In this document: positions 51,901 through 64,000 of the stretch, piece after piece
Position numbering within the stretch: the stretch's first letter is position 1
How the letters are laid out: each line of letters starts with the position of its first letter
From: Nemertoderma westbladi
Lineage: Eukaryota > Animalia > Xenacoelomorpha
Assembly: GCA_032718475.1 (NCBI GenBank)
Contig: JAUCBJ010007687.1
Span: forward strand, 30,951-94,950
Length of the DNA: 64,000 bases
Direction: 5' to 3'
Made by a program: the position numbers and the translations under genes
The notes under the pieces: model-generated
What the model was told of the DNA's origin: nothing
Database searches by the model: none
Seen by the model: the letters and a program-made list of their open reading frames with translations, nothing else

Positions 51901-53745
51901 CCGCTTCCACACCATTGTGCCTCTCTCCCCCTTCTCACAATACCCGCTTCCACACCATTGTGCCTCTCTCCCCCTTCTCACAATACCCGCTTCCACACCA
52001 TTGTGTCTCTCTCTCCCTTCTTACAATACCCGCTTCCACACCATTGTGCCTCTCTCTCCCTTCTCACAATACCCGCTTCCACACCATTGTGCCTCTCTCT
52101 CCCTTCTCACAATACCCGCTTCCACACCATTGTGCCTCTCTCTCCCTTCTTACAATACCCGCTTCCACACCATTGTGCCTCTCTCTCCCTTCTTACAATA
52201 CCCGCTTCCACACCATTGTGCCTCTCTCTCCCTTCTCACAATACCCGCTTCCACACCATTGTGCCTCTCTCTCCCTTCTCACAATACCCGCTTCCACACC
52301 ATTGTGCCTCTCTCTCCCTTCTCACAATACCCGCTTCCACACCATTGTGCCTCTCTCTCCCTTCTCACAATACCCGCTTCCACACCATTGTGCCTCTCTC
52401 TCCCTTCTCACAATAACCGCTTCCACACCCTTGTGCCTCTCTCTCCCTTCTTACAATACCCGCTTCCACACCATTGTGCCTCTCTCCCCCTTCTCACAAT
52501 ACCCTCTTCCACACCATTGTGCCTCTCTCCCACTTCTCACAATACCCGCTTCCACACCATTGTGCCTCTCTCCCACTTCTCACAATACCCTCTTCCACAC
52601 CATTGTGCCTCTCTCCCACTTCTCACAATACCCGCTTCCACACCATTGTGCCTCTCTCCCCCTTCTCACAATACCCGCTTCCACACCATTGTGCCTCTCT
52701 CCCCCTTCTCACAATACCCGCTTCCACACCATTGTGCCTCTCTCTCCCTTCTTACAATACCCGCTTCCACACCATTGTGCCTCTCTCTCCCTTCTCACAA
52801 TAACCGCTTCCACACCATTGTGCCTCTCTCCCCCTTCTCACAATACCCGCTTCCACACCATTGTGCCTCTCTCCCCCTTCTCACAATACCCGCTTCCACA
52901 CCATTGTGCCTCTCTCTCCCTTCTTACAATACCCGCTTCCACACCATTGTGCCTCTCTCTCCCTTCTTACAATACCCGCTTCCACACCATTGTGCCTCTC
53001 TCTCCCTTCTCACAATACCCGCTTCCACACCATTGTGCCTCTCTCTCCCTTCTTACAATACCCGCTTCCACACCATTGTGCCTCTCTCTCCCTTCTTACA
53101 ATACCCGCTTCCACACCATTGTGCCTCTCTCTCCCTTCTCACAATACCCGCTTCCACACCATTGTGCCTCTCTCTCCCTTCTCACAATACCCGCTTCCAC
53201 ACCATTGTGCCTCTCTCTCCCTTCTTACAATACCCGCTTCCACACCATTGTGCCTCTCTCTCCCTTCTCACAATACCCGCTTCCACACCATTGTGCCTCT
53301 CTCACCCTTCTCACAATACCCGCTTCCACACCATTGTGCCTCTCTCTCCCTTCTCACAATACCCGCTTCCATACCATTGTGCCTCTCTCTCCCTTCTCAC
53401 AATACCCGCTTCCACACCATTGCGCCTCTTCTCCCTTCTCACAATACCCGCTTCCACACCATTGTGCCTCTCTCCCCCTTCTCACAATACCCGCTTCCAC
53501 ACCATTGTGCCTCTCTCTCCCTTCTCACAAATACCCACTTCCACACCATTGTGCCTCTCTCCCACTTCTCACAATACCCGCTTCCACACCACTGTGCCTC
53601 TCTCTCCCTTCTCACAATACCCGCTTCCACACCATTGTGCATCTCTCTCCCTTCTCACAAATACCCGCTTCCACACCATTGTGCCTCTCTCTCCATTCTC
53701 ACAAATACCCGCTTCCACACCATTGTGCCTCTCTCCCCCTTCTCA
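48965..53745. repeat. 43-bp tandem satellite (about 110 copies)
   Basis: Unit ccttctcacaatacccgcttccacaccattgtgcctctctccc, with blocks of variant units. Confidence 0.97.
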
Positions 53746-53927
53746 TGCATTGTGAAGATTTGTTTTATTTATTACGATTAGAATACAAACTAACTATTTA
53801 ATTGTCTTTGGCTATAACGTTTAGAGTACGAAGTTCAGATAATGTTTGCAGGTGCTTCACCAACCGATGGTTTCCTTTACCAATGCAAACACACTGGACA
53901 AAATTTACCAATTACCAAGAGGAGTTA

Positions 53928-55392
53928 ATTACAACTGTTAATCTACAACTGTTAAACTACAACTGTTAAACTACAACTGTTAAGCTACAACTATGTTAAA
54001 CTACAACTGTTAAACTACAACTATGTTAAACTACAACTGTTAAACTACAACTGTTACACTACAACTGTTACACTACAACTGTTAAACTACAACTGTAAAT
54101 TACAACTGTTACACTACAACTGTTACACTACAACTGTTAAACTACAACTATGTTAAACTACAACTGTTAAACTACAACTATGTTAAACTACAACTGTTAA
54201 ACTACAACTATGTTAAACTACAACTGTTAAACTACAACTGTTACACTGCAACTGTTACACTACAACTGTTAAACTACAACTGTTACACTACAACTGTTAC
54301 ATTACAACTGTTAAACTACAACTGTTACACTACAACTGTTACACTACAACTATTACACTACAACTGTTAAACTACAACTGTTAAACTATACAACTGTTAA
54401 ACTACAACTGTTAAACTATACAACTGTTAAACTACAACTGTTAAACTATACAACTGTTAAACTACAACTGTTAAACTACTATTGTTAAACCATACAACTG
54501 TTAAACTACAACTGTCAAACTACAACTGTTACACTACAACTGTTAAACTACAACTGTTACACTACAACTGTTAAACTACAACTGTTAAACAAAAACTGTT
54601 GCACTACAACTGTTAAACTACAACTGTTACACTACAACTGTTAAACTACAACTGTTACACTACAACTGTTACACTACAACTGTTACACTACAACTCTTAC
54701 ACTACAACTGTTACACTACAACTGTTACACTACAACTGTTACACTATAACTGTTAAACTACAACTATGTTAAACTACAACTGTTAAACTACAACTGTTAA
54801 ACTACAACTGTTACACTACAACTGTTACACTACAACTGTTAAACTACAACAGTTAAACTACAACTGTTAAACTACAACTGTTAAACTACAACTGTTAAAC
54901 TACAACTGTTACACTACAACTGTTACACTGCAACTGTTACACTACAACTGTTACACTACAATTGTTAAACTACAACTGTTACACTACAACTGTTAAACTA
55001 CAACTATGTTAAACTACAACTGTTAAACTACAACTGTTAAACTACAACTGTTAAACTACAACTGTTAAACTACAACCGTTAAACTACAACTGTTAAACTA
55101 CAACTGTTACACTACAACTGTTACACTACAACTGTTACACTACAACTGTTAAACTACAACTGTTACACTACAACTGTTACACTACAACTATGTTAAACTA
55201 CAACTGTTAAACTACAACTGTTAAACTACAACTGTTACACTACAACTGTTACACTGCAACTGTTACACAACAACTGTTACACTACAACTGTTACACTACA
55301 ACTGTTACACTACAACTGTTAAACTACAACTATGTTAAACTACAACTGTTAAACTACAACTGTTAATCTACAACTGTTACACTACAACTGTG
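53928..55392. repeat. 14-bp minisatellite (about 100 copies)
   Basis: Unit ctacaactgtta(a/c)a, with occasional 16-bp variants. Confidence 0.97.
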
Positions 55393-57087
55393 TTTAACAA
55401 CTATGGTTATTTAAACTCATATTATATTATGTGTCGGTTTACTCTAGAATAATCATGACCTGCTATAGATCCCTATGGCAGGTCACGGCATAGTGTTGTA
55501 CAGTAGTTCATACAAGTACCGCGGTGGGATCCGCCCGACGTACTCGACTCCCAGGTTCTCCAAACCTCACGTTTCCATCGCTTCATCTTCATGATCCCAG
55601 TAAGTACTGTAGATTGGTAGACCTTCGAGGTAATGAATTATTAAAAATTTTTATTTAAAATTTCGAGTTATTATTATTACTTATTTTTTATTTATTTATT
55701 TTATTAGTGCGCAATATTATTTGAGGAATTTATTTCTTGGGGCTAGCCACGAAGTCAGTGGATGTAGATTATTACTGGACAAATCGGCATGTTCGCAAAC
55801 CATAATCAAAATTTTAGAATTTTAAGACTAGACAATCATATTTGAACTGAATAGAGTATGGTAAGGTTCACGGACTTGGTATTTGCGAAGGCTCTACAAA
55901 TGCGTGCCATACGACAAACGATGAGTTGTATTTACCGTCATCTGTCCATAACAAGCTGCTCTATTCTTCCTGACCTTTCTTTTGTTTTTTCAGAACGAAT
56001 TTTGTGGAGTTTTAGGGTCATTGATTGGGCTACTAGTGGTTAATGCAGTTAATGGTTAGAAAGCCCAAATAGTTTGCACTTTTCAGTTTGAAACCAATAA
56101 GTTCAACTTAATTATAGAGTAGGCCTACTTCAGCAGCAGGCTACCTAACCGTTCTGGACTATAACGAAGTTTTGTTTAATTATGGAAACTTTTTAATCAT
56201 TAATGACTGAAGAATTGAACACTGTAATATTTAGAATATGGTACCTCTCTATTTATATTAATTCATAGATAATTAAACCTACCATTAAGATGGCATTATC
56301 TAAGTGCGTTGGACCTAGAAAAATTCTGACCATCTTGGCATTCAAATTCAACATCTGCTTCCGACTTTTAATCGCATTGGCAAGAAGAGATTACCCACGA
56401 ATAAGTAATAATATTATTATACGTAGCTAATGATGGATGCGTTTCTATCGTTTCATTTTGAGTAAATTTGAATTAGTTGAGTTCAATTCGCAGAAACCAA
56501 CCCGCCTCGTGGAAAATGCTGACAATGGCAACTACCCCCATGACCGGTCTTTATTTTTTTTACTATTAGTTTTTTTAATGGCAACCATGGGTCAATAGTT
56601 ACTGATTCTGGGGGCAGTGACAGCCCTGGGCCTCGAGGAGGTATTTTATTTTTTTTACTATTTATTTTTTTAATGGCAGCACTATTATCTGATTATGGGG
56701 TGATGGCAGCCCTGGGCCACGTGGGTATATGGTGGCCCATATGGCTGCCACTATAAAACTCTTGATAAAATATTTAAATAATAAATAAGTCGAAAAAATA
56801 TCTTAAAAAAAATCTCAGTAAATAATATATTGAAAAAAAAGGTAAAAAAATACTCAGGAAAAAATTTCCATAAAAAAGAAATACTGTTAAAGAAACAACA
56901 CCACCACCAACAGCACTCCTGCAAGAGTGACGTTACATAATTTCATGAGGAGGCTCATGCCCGAATCTACCTACGTGTATACGCGATTTGGCTGCGTCCA
57001 AATCGCTGATCCGGACCTTTTTAATTACGTGTAAATATACGGAAACCGATAGTTTGATGGATGGTGCAACCTGGCCACGTTTTTGCA

Positions 57088-58987
57088 GCCATCTAGTTGT
57101 GATTAGTATAATTCATAACTCTGTTTTTATACTTAAAGCGCCACGTCCTAAAGGAACTGTTAATATTTCCCCGAAAGTAAATATATTTGTCAGAGATTAT
57201 ATATTAACGATCAATCGAATAATACAGTAGGTCTGCACCGCAATAACTTTCAAGGCATCCGAATCCAGTCTCCCTTAACCCTATTAAACCCGGGGGGGGG
57301 GGGGGGGGGGGGTCAATATGACCCTCCCCCCCGTGGTTTTTTTATTATAATTCTGAAACAAACGCAGTTGGGAATCTGAAATTTTATTAATTTTCCTAAA
57401 AATCTATTGTCTTCCTAGTAGTGAAAACCGTTTTCAAAAATATTGGGTACTTTTCGAATTATAGCACCATTTTTAAACCCTACTTTTGGCACTTTTTTTG
57501 AGACGTTTTTTGAAAATTACATTTCATTAAATATGAATTGTAACATCTCTACTTTTTATTTACACCGGTTTTTTGGTGTTAGAAATTGGATGGAATTCAT
57601 ATAAATTGATTTAGAAATTTCAAACTTGTTTTTTTCGGTGGGTGCCAAATTTTGAAATAAGTCAATTTTGTAAATTGATTGTTTGAAACTTGTTTTTTAC
57701 GCAATTGGGGTTTTTTGGGGTTCTGGATTCGATGAAATATATACGAGTTGCACCAAGCGTATCAAACTTGTATTTTTCGGTGCTGTGTGCAAATTTTGGT
57801 GCTAGCATGAAATTTTGAATATCCATTCAATAGATAAAATTGCTTGTGACAATATATTTCTTGCGTTTTAGAGGTTTATGGCTGTTCTGAATTCAATGGA
57901 AATATAATTATCGAATTAAACATCTCAAACTTGTATTTTTCGGATGTGGGTGCAAAATGTGGTGCTAGCACCAAATTTTGAAAACCATCAAATATATCAA
58001 TTGATTGTGTCACCTTGTTTCTTGCGTTATACGGGTTTGTGATGGTTCTGAATTTAATGGAATCAGTAAAAATTTCATAAGAGTTCTCAAACTTGTATTT
58101 TTCGCCGGTGGGTGAAAATTGTTGTGCCAGCACCAAATTTTGGAAAATATGCAAATTGATAAGTAGATAGTATCACCTTGTTTCTTGCGTTATACGGGTT
58201 TATGAGGGTCATGAATCCGATGGAAACTATAAAAACAGCACTGGACATCGCAAACTTGTACTTTTTGGTGATGGGTACGAAATTTGGTGCTAGCACCAAA
58301 ATTTGCCAAATTACGCAAAAAAATACAAGTAGCAATGATCTGGCATATTAGAAATGTATTCCATTAGAATCAGCGCCCTCGAAAACCTGAAAATGTGAAT
58401 TTATAGCATCGTATAAGTGAATTAAAAAATTTGTGTTCTAACTGAAAAGTGCTGGTTACTTGTTTTTTTCCTACGCAGAGAGGACTAAACAGCCATTTAT
58501 AGTAATCATATCATTTTTAAATATTTTCCAATGTATTTTGCACCCCAGAAAACCTGTATTGAAAAATAATTAGCCGAAAATGTAACTTTCAAATTTTGTG
58601 TAAATTGTGCACTACTTGTAATTTTGGTGCTGCAATATAACCACCCCAGTACATTTTTTCGAAAATTTTTTTTTTCGGTCGGATCCAGACAAGTGATACC
58701 TACGTACAAACAAAAAATCAGACGTTTTCGTAAATATTTGTAGATTTTAGAAGGGGGGGGGGGGGGGGGTCAATATGACCCCCCCCCCCCCCCCCCCCGG
58801 TATTTGTACAACATTTTATAGCCCGGTACTAATAGGGTTAACTGTGGGTGAATGATCGCGCACAGACTGGCTTCGGCGGATTTAACTTCAGTACATTAAA
58901 TAATTGATCTAGGCTAAAGTCGATTTATAAACAAGAGGACAACTAAAATTGGCAGGTTAAACTGCTAAAGGTCTAAAAGCGCGAACA
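57088..58987 (+). repeat. 3' portion of an A/B-family LTR, interrupted by a piggyBac-like element
   Basis: 57088-57278 and 58838-58987 match the last 335 bp or so of LTR 21202-22381, ending GCGCGAACA. Confidence 0.85.
57279..58837. mobile_element. Non-autonomous piggyBac-like DNA transposon
   Basis: TTAA duplicated (57275-57278 / 58838-58841) at a TTAA that is single in the A LTR. Termini CCCTATTA...TAATAGGG. Internal degenerate repeats (caaacttgtatttttc). No transposase. Confidence 0.85.
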
Positions 58988-59159
58988 ACATTGTATATTG
59001 ACTAATGTTAATTAAGCGAGCTAATTACGCTTAGTCAATATACAATGTTCCACCACTCAATATAATATTACCTTACAAGCAGTACCACACTGACAGACTG
59101 ACAACCAGCCTAGAAAGCTAGGCCTACCACATACAGCAATAGCAGTGAGCAGTACCGGT

Positions 59160-59525
59160 TGTAAAAGCTTTTGCGGACATAACAAGTCATTTTTACGCAA
59201 TGCGCAAAATACTCTAAAATAGCCCTAAAATTATCCAACTACGCGACGGGAAGGAAATAAGGAATTAGAACCCAGATGACGAAATATGTCAGCTGATTCT
59301 CTGTGTACGTGGAAGTTCTTTGTTCTGTCGTATTCAGCCAATCAGAGCAATTTTCACTTTATGGCTAACAGAAACCTATGGAAACTCGCGCAATGCATTA
59401 CGGTCTTTGTTTACTATTTTCTGAGCATCAGAACCAACTCAGAATTTCTGTGCTTCTGTGCGGAAGTTTCAGACTTTGGCCTAGGAACATCAGATGGCCT
59501 TGGTTATAAGAACGTAAATCTATTA
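59160..59525 (+). repeat. 5' portion of an A/B-family LTR
   Basis: Starts TGTAAAAGCTTTTGCGGACATAACAAG and follows 21202-21610. Confidence 0.85.
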
Positions 59526-60485
59526 CTGTATTAACCTACCTTATTTCTGTGGAGTAGATGGTGTTCCCCCTGAGGTCTTTAAAATACCTGAGTGTTTAAA
59601 GCTCATCTATCCGTCAGTATAGAATATAAATCTCAGAAAATTTACTACAGAATTGTTTGTCGTAGTAAAGTAGCGAGATCGGCAATGAAAATAATAAATA
59701 ATGTTGGCGATAAACAGTTCCCTTGCACGCTTGCAGCCTTATAGTTGCCTACTCCCTACATACTGAACTGACATATATACTAGGCCTATATATATATATT
59801 CAGATATTGTATTTACATTACATGTACCGGTATCTTATTTCTGTATTTACCTCGACTGGGGGTGTACATTCTACCGGTAATATTCGTTAATAGCTTATCG
59901 TTGCATGATTTTGTTAATCTACCTGTATTGCTATATATTTGTAGTACGTTAGGCCTATCATATTCAATTTGCGGGTTAATGTTGAATTAATAAACATTAT
60001 TCAGTATTCCGTTTGTCATATTTGCAAATTTTTCTGTTAAATGCTGAAATGAATATATGAAGAAACTAAAGTAACTGAAGTACAGGGCAATTTAACTATG
60101 ATGCCAAACAATGTCCCCACTTGTTGGGAGGTTTGGAATGTTTGACCTCTGTCGACAGACTCGATCATAGCGTTTCGAAATATGATTAAAATCCATCCAA
60201 TCCAAACTGTGACTGAAAGAAAGCCCATTAAATTCTGGACAAAATACTGAAATAGGAACTCTCATTTAACAAATGAGTACCGGTAAACAGATAGGAAGAT
60301 ATCAGCGAATACTGGAATAAGACAACGATATGCCAAACCTCCTAACCTCTGTTGTTTCAACTTTCCGATCGTTTTTGTGTTTTATAGTTTCAGATCTGGC
60401 TTCCTAGGTACAAATGTAGGTCTGTAGGTAGGAAGATCGCTCCTTATTGTTGGTAACTTGATTTCAGGATTTTCGTTGATTAATT

Positions 60486-62987
60486 ATGATAATGAACAGT
60501 ATTATTCCATTGAGAAGGTTTCATCGTTCTTACAGACGTCGCTTCTCTTCATTTCAACCTCGATCGAAGATTATTATATGCGGAGGAGGTCTATACGGTC
60601 TGTCTACCGCTTACCATCTTATTAAACTCGGTTGCGGCCACGTCACCATTTTGGAACAAGGTAGTGTTGGTTGCGGAACCACCTGGTTTACAGCTGGTGT
60701 CGTTCCAACGATTCTTACCCCAGGTAACATACTGAACCATTATGTAGCTAGTGAGACACACCGCCTATACCGACAGTTGGAAAAAGAGACTGGATTACCA
60801 ACTGGTTACATTAAGTGTGGTGCTATATACGTCGCGAGGAATGCAGATCGCTTGATTGCAATACGGCGTTACCAGTCGGTACTGGAATCGTTCGGGTACA
60901 AACCGACACTGTTGGAGCCGGAAGACTGCAGTCGTTACTCTGAGTTCGTACACACCGGGGATCTGGTAGGGGGTGTCTGGGACCCAGATTCCGCGGTGGT
61001 GAACCCGCGACTGGCGGTTAGCGCCCTCGTCAGCGCGATACGGACGGGTGGCGGTGCGATACGGGAGGCGGTAGAGGTAACCGGGGTAACAACGAGTGAG
61101 TCCCGGGTCCTCGGAGTCGAGACTTCCTCCGGGACTATCGATTGCGACGTGTTTATAAACTGCGCTGGTCGTTGGGCGCGGGACGTTGGGCTGTTGTGTG
61201 GTGTGAGGGTGCCGGTGCAGTCCTGCGAGCAGATTGTATTGAGTACCGGGCCGGTTGCGGCGGTTCCCACCCCTTCCGTTGTAGACAACGATGGAGGAAT
61301 ATCTCTATTCACTTCCGACTCTCGTATATTGGCGGTGGGCGGTGAGACGTTATGTACGCCGGTGTTTACCGACGACGTGGTACCCCCCACCCCCCACCAA
61401 GAACTTCCCACCCGCTGGGAGGCCCTCCAACCGTTCATATCGGAGGTTCTCACTCGCTACCCTCGGCTGTCCTCCGTCACCCTCCACAGTTTGCTCACCT
61501 TCCCGGAGGCATTCACCCCCGATGGATCCCCCATCGTGGGAGCCGTACCCGGGATTAGCAACTACTTCGTGGCGGCGGGTAGCCACACTCAGACGGCTGG
61601 CGGCGCCGGCGGCGTGGGCCGTATTGTGGCGGACATGGTGACCTCGGGGGAGGCGGGTATCTCCACCTGGGGCTTCAACCCGCAGCGGTTCGGCAACGTC
61701 CACAACGTGCGCTGCTTCCTTATGGACCGGGTTGCCGAGTCGGCGGCCACGCATCGCGTCCTCCGCTACCCCAAGAACAACCACCACTCGGCCCGGAAGG
61801 TCCGCTGCTCCGCCTTGTACCCCCGTCTAGAGGCAGCGGGCGCCCACTTCGGCGAGTTGTTCGGCTGCGAGCGCGCCATCTACTTCCGATCGGACTCGGA
61901 GGCGGATTACGGAGCCGGAGGGTTCGGTAAACTCGGCTCGTTCCCCATGGTGGAGCAGGAGTACTGGGCCTGCAGACAGAACGTCGGACTTATCGACATA
62001 TCGTCCTACACTAAGTACCGACTCTCCGGGGCCGACGTTCTCGCCTTCCTGCAGTATCTGTGCGCGAACGACGTCGACTGCCCGGTGGGCTCCGTCATCC
62101 ACACGGGAATGTTGAACCAACACGGCGGATACGAGAACGACTGCTCCTTGGCGCGTCTCGGAGAGCGGCATTACTACCTGGTGGCTCCGACCGTGCAGCA
62201 CACTCGGATAAACACGTGGATGCAACGGCACCGCTTCGGGGACGTGGAGATAACCGACGTCACGGATCTGTACACCGCCATCAATGTTATAGGGCCGTCG
62301 GCGCGGCAGCTGCTCGAGGTGATGGCCGAGGGCCGGTTGGACGGACGAGCGATGCGTTGTTCCGAGATTAGCGTCGGCTATGCGCCCAACTGTATCGCCC
62401 TGGGGGTGACCCACTGCGGGGAGCCGGGTTGGACGGTCTACATACCCAATCAGTACGCGGTGTCCGTGTACGACGCGCTGATGGAGACGGGGCGGGAACT
62501 GGGGGTCGCCAACGTGGGTTACCACGCGATGCGATGGCTGCGGATAGAGAAGCTGTTCGTCTACTGGGGGCAGGACTTCGGTTCCATGGACACGCCGTAC
62601 GAGATCGGGAGGGACCATCGTGTTAAACTCAATACCGATATCCTGTTCATAGGGAGGGACGCGTTGCTAAGGCAACGCGATCAAGGGGTCACTAAGAAGT
62701 TCGTTATGTTGACGCTAGAGGAGCACGACGTAGACAGGGACCTGTGGGCCTGGGGAGGGGAGCCGGTCTATCTGGACAACCACGTTGTCGGGAGGGTCAC
62801 CACTTCCGGCTACGGGTTCACTCTACAGAAACTCGTGTGTTTGGCCTTCGTTACTCGACCGAGTGATGACGTCAGCAAGCAGTTGCTACCCATATCTACC
62901 GGCTATATCTCTAAAGCTAAGTTCGCAGTAGATATTGCTGGACGGAGGTTTCCCGCTAAAGCTAGTGTCTACCCGCCCTTACTGTAG
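60486..62987 (+). CDS. PDPR: Pyruvate dehydrogenase phosphatase regulatory subunit-like (FAD/DAO plus GcvT folate domains), single coding exon
   Basis: Arg-rich mitochondrial presequence and IIICGGG FAD motif. TTWFTAG lacks the flavinylated His of DMGDH/SARDH. PDPR-type strings FLQYLCAND..PVG..IHTGMLN..GGYENDCS, RIEK.F.YWGQD, FIGRDALL.Q and DLWAWGGEP. Confidence 0.88.
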   Translation: MIMNSIIPLRRFHRSYRRRFSSFQPRSKIIICGGGLYGLSTAYHLIKLGCGHVTILEQGSVGCGTTWFTAGVVPTILTPGNILNHYVASETHRLYRQLEKETGLPTGYIKCGAIYVARNADRLIAIRRYQSVLESFGYKPTLLEPEDCSRYSEFVHTGDLVGGVWDPDSAVVNPRLAVSALVSAIRTGGGAIREAVEVTGVTTSESRVLGVETSSGTIDCDVFINCAGRWARDVGLLCGVRVPVQSCEQIVLSTGPVAAVPTPSVVDNDGGISLFTSDSRILAVGGETLCTPVFTDDVVPPTPHQELPTRWEALQPFISEVLTRYPRLSSVTLHSLLTFPEAFTPDGSPIVGAVPGISNYFVAAGSHTQTAGGAGGVGRIVADMVTSGEAGISTWGFNPQRFGNVHNVRCFLMDRVAESAATHRVLRYPKNNHHSARKVRCSALYPRLEAAGAHFGELFGCERAIYFRSDSEADYGAGGFGKLGSFPMVEQEYWACRQNVGLIDISSYTKYRLSGADVLAFLQYLCANDVDCPVGSVIHTGMLNQHGGYENDCSLARLGERHYYLVAPTVQHTRINTWMQRHRFGDVEITDVTDLYTAINVIGPSARQLLEVMAEGRLDGRAMRCSEISVGYAPNCIALGVTHCGEPGWTVYIPNQYAVSVYDALMETGRELGVANVGYHAMRWLRIEKLFVYWGQDFGSMDTPYEIGRDHRVKLNTDILFIGRDALLRQRDQGVTKKFVMLTLEEHDVDRDLWAWGGEPVYLDNHVVGRVTTSGYGFTLQKLVCLAFVTRPSDDVSKQLLPISTGYISKAKFAVDIAGRRFPAKASVYPPLL

Positions 62988-64000
62988 AGCTGAAAATGTT
63001 TGTAGTTTTTTTTTAATTATAGTTATAAGAACAAAATATTATTTTGTACTTAAATAATTAATTTAATATGCCAATTTAATTAAGCAATCAGAACTATATA
63101 TATATATATATCACAGGTAAATAAAATAGATTCCATGTTAATTTAGTCCACCCATCCTAGTCGACTTTGCATTAGCGATGGTTCTCTTATTTCCTACAAT
63201 CGTTTTCACATTGATTGCTTTAAAGTCCTAACCACCTTATTTCAGAACCGATGTGATTTTCAATCTATCCCGCGATAAAACGACCTTCCTGGTGTTCGTT
63301 CTCCATAGACAATCTCCATTAGCAGAAATTGGAGATTCTGAGAGACGGGGGGAGACTTTACGCAAATCCCTTCTCGGCAAATTACTAACTCATCTCAATG
63401 AAAGGTGCAGGTTACAGTGGCACGTTATTCTAACCAAAACAATAAGTAAAGTCAATAGAACAGGATACAGTTTTATTTTTGGGAGTAATCATCTGTTATT
63501 TGAGTCGATTTCTCCTGGAGAGGGATGAATTTTGATTGCGGTGACAGCAGCCCCCCCCCCCCCCCCCCCCCCCCCCCCAACTGGATTCTGAATACCAAAT
63601 TATACCAGAGATATTCATATTTACCTTTTTGTAATTATGTTGTCTGCGAAAGATGGAGAGAGGGAGAGGTGGGAGGATGAGAGGGAAGAGAAGGGGAAAC
63701 TAAGGTAGCAATGGAACGGAATGAAACCAAGCAGACAGACATGGCGGAAGGAGATGCGTGGAAAAGGGCTGCCACTGTTCAAATAATGGGATGAACTTAA
63801 CAAAGTTCATTAGTTAACGTATAAGTTCCATGTAAAATAAAGTTTTGTTTGTAAAATTGGGAGTAAAGTTTGCTAAAGTATTATTATTATTACTTTCCCT
63901 CACATATCCTACCCTGGGTTCTAAGTCTCTAGTGTTGCTACTAATAGATGCGGAATCCTATACCGCGTGGAAATTAAAACCCCTGAAAGTGAAAAGTTTG

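Noticed and set aside
48876-53801. Very long ORFs (up to 1372 aa) in all plus frames
   Set aside because: Artefact of a stop-free 43-bp satellite; the same peptide cycles through all three frames.
60935-62626. Overlapping and antisense ORFs within PDPR, and similar ones opposite pol and the host exons (e.g. 1155..1733, 10660..11316, 27485..28144, 47573..47977)
   Set aside because: Shadow ORFs of real coding or repetitive sequence, with no recognisable motifs.
60486-62987. Sarcosine or dimethylglycine dehydrogenase, or bacterial HGT
   Set aside because: The flavinylation His is replaced by Phe, the C-terminal motifs are PDPR-type, and a mitochondrial presequence is present.

Overview
AT-rich eukaryotic DNA, probably from an invertebrate animal and dominated by transposons. 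Two host genes are supported. (1) A minus-strand, 6-coding-exon gene that the ORF track misses: join 48491-48539, 47562-48356, 47236-47373, 46821-46949, 2776-2892, 548-1716. All introns are GT-AG and phase 1, giving about 798 aa: signal peptide, Thr/Pro mucin-like repeats, three ShKT domains, a polybasic linker and six cationic 51-aa six-Cys repeats. Its fourth intron (about 44 kb) is a nested transposon pile. (2) An intronless PDPR-like gene at 60486-62987 (+). The large intron holds two head-to-head copies of one giant BEL/Pao LTR retrotransposon family: A (3490-18984, minus) and B (21202-46723, plus, TSD AACTA). Reconstructed length is about 18 kb. In the env position both carry remnants of a long extra ORF, which in B encodes a WRN/EXD-like DEDDy 3'-5' exonuclease domain plus CCHC zinc fingers. 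A second BEL/Pao element (C, 37248-42975) is nested in that ORF and has inverted LTRs, yet a perfect 5-bp TSD. Also present: RTE-like LINE fragments, piggyBac-like, foldback and Helentron-like non-autonomous elements, and 38-, 43- and 14-bp tandem arrays. All calls were made by eye; no searches were run.
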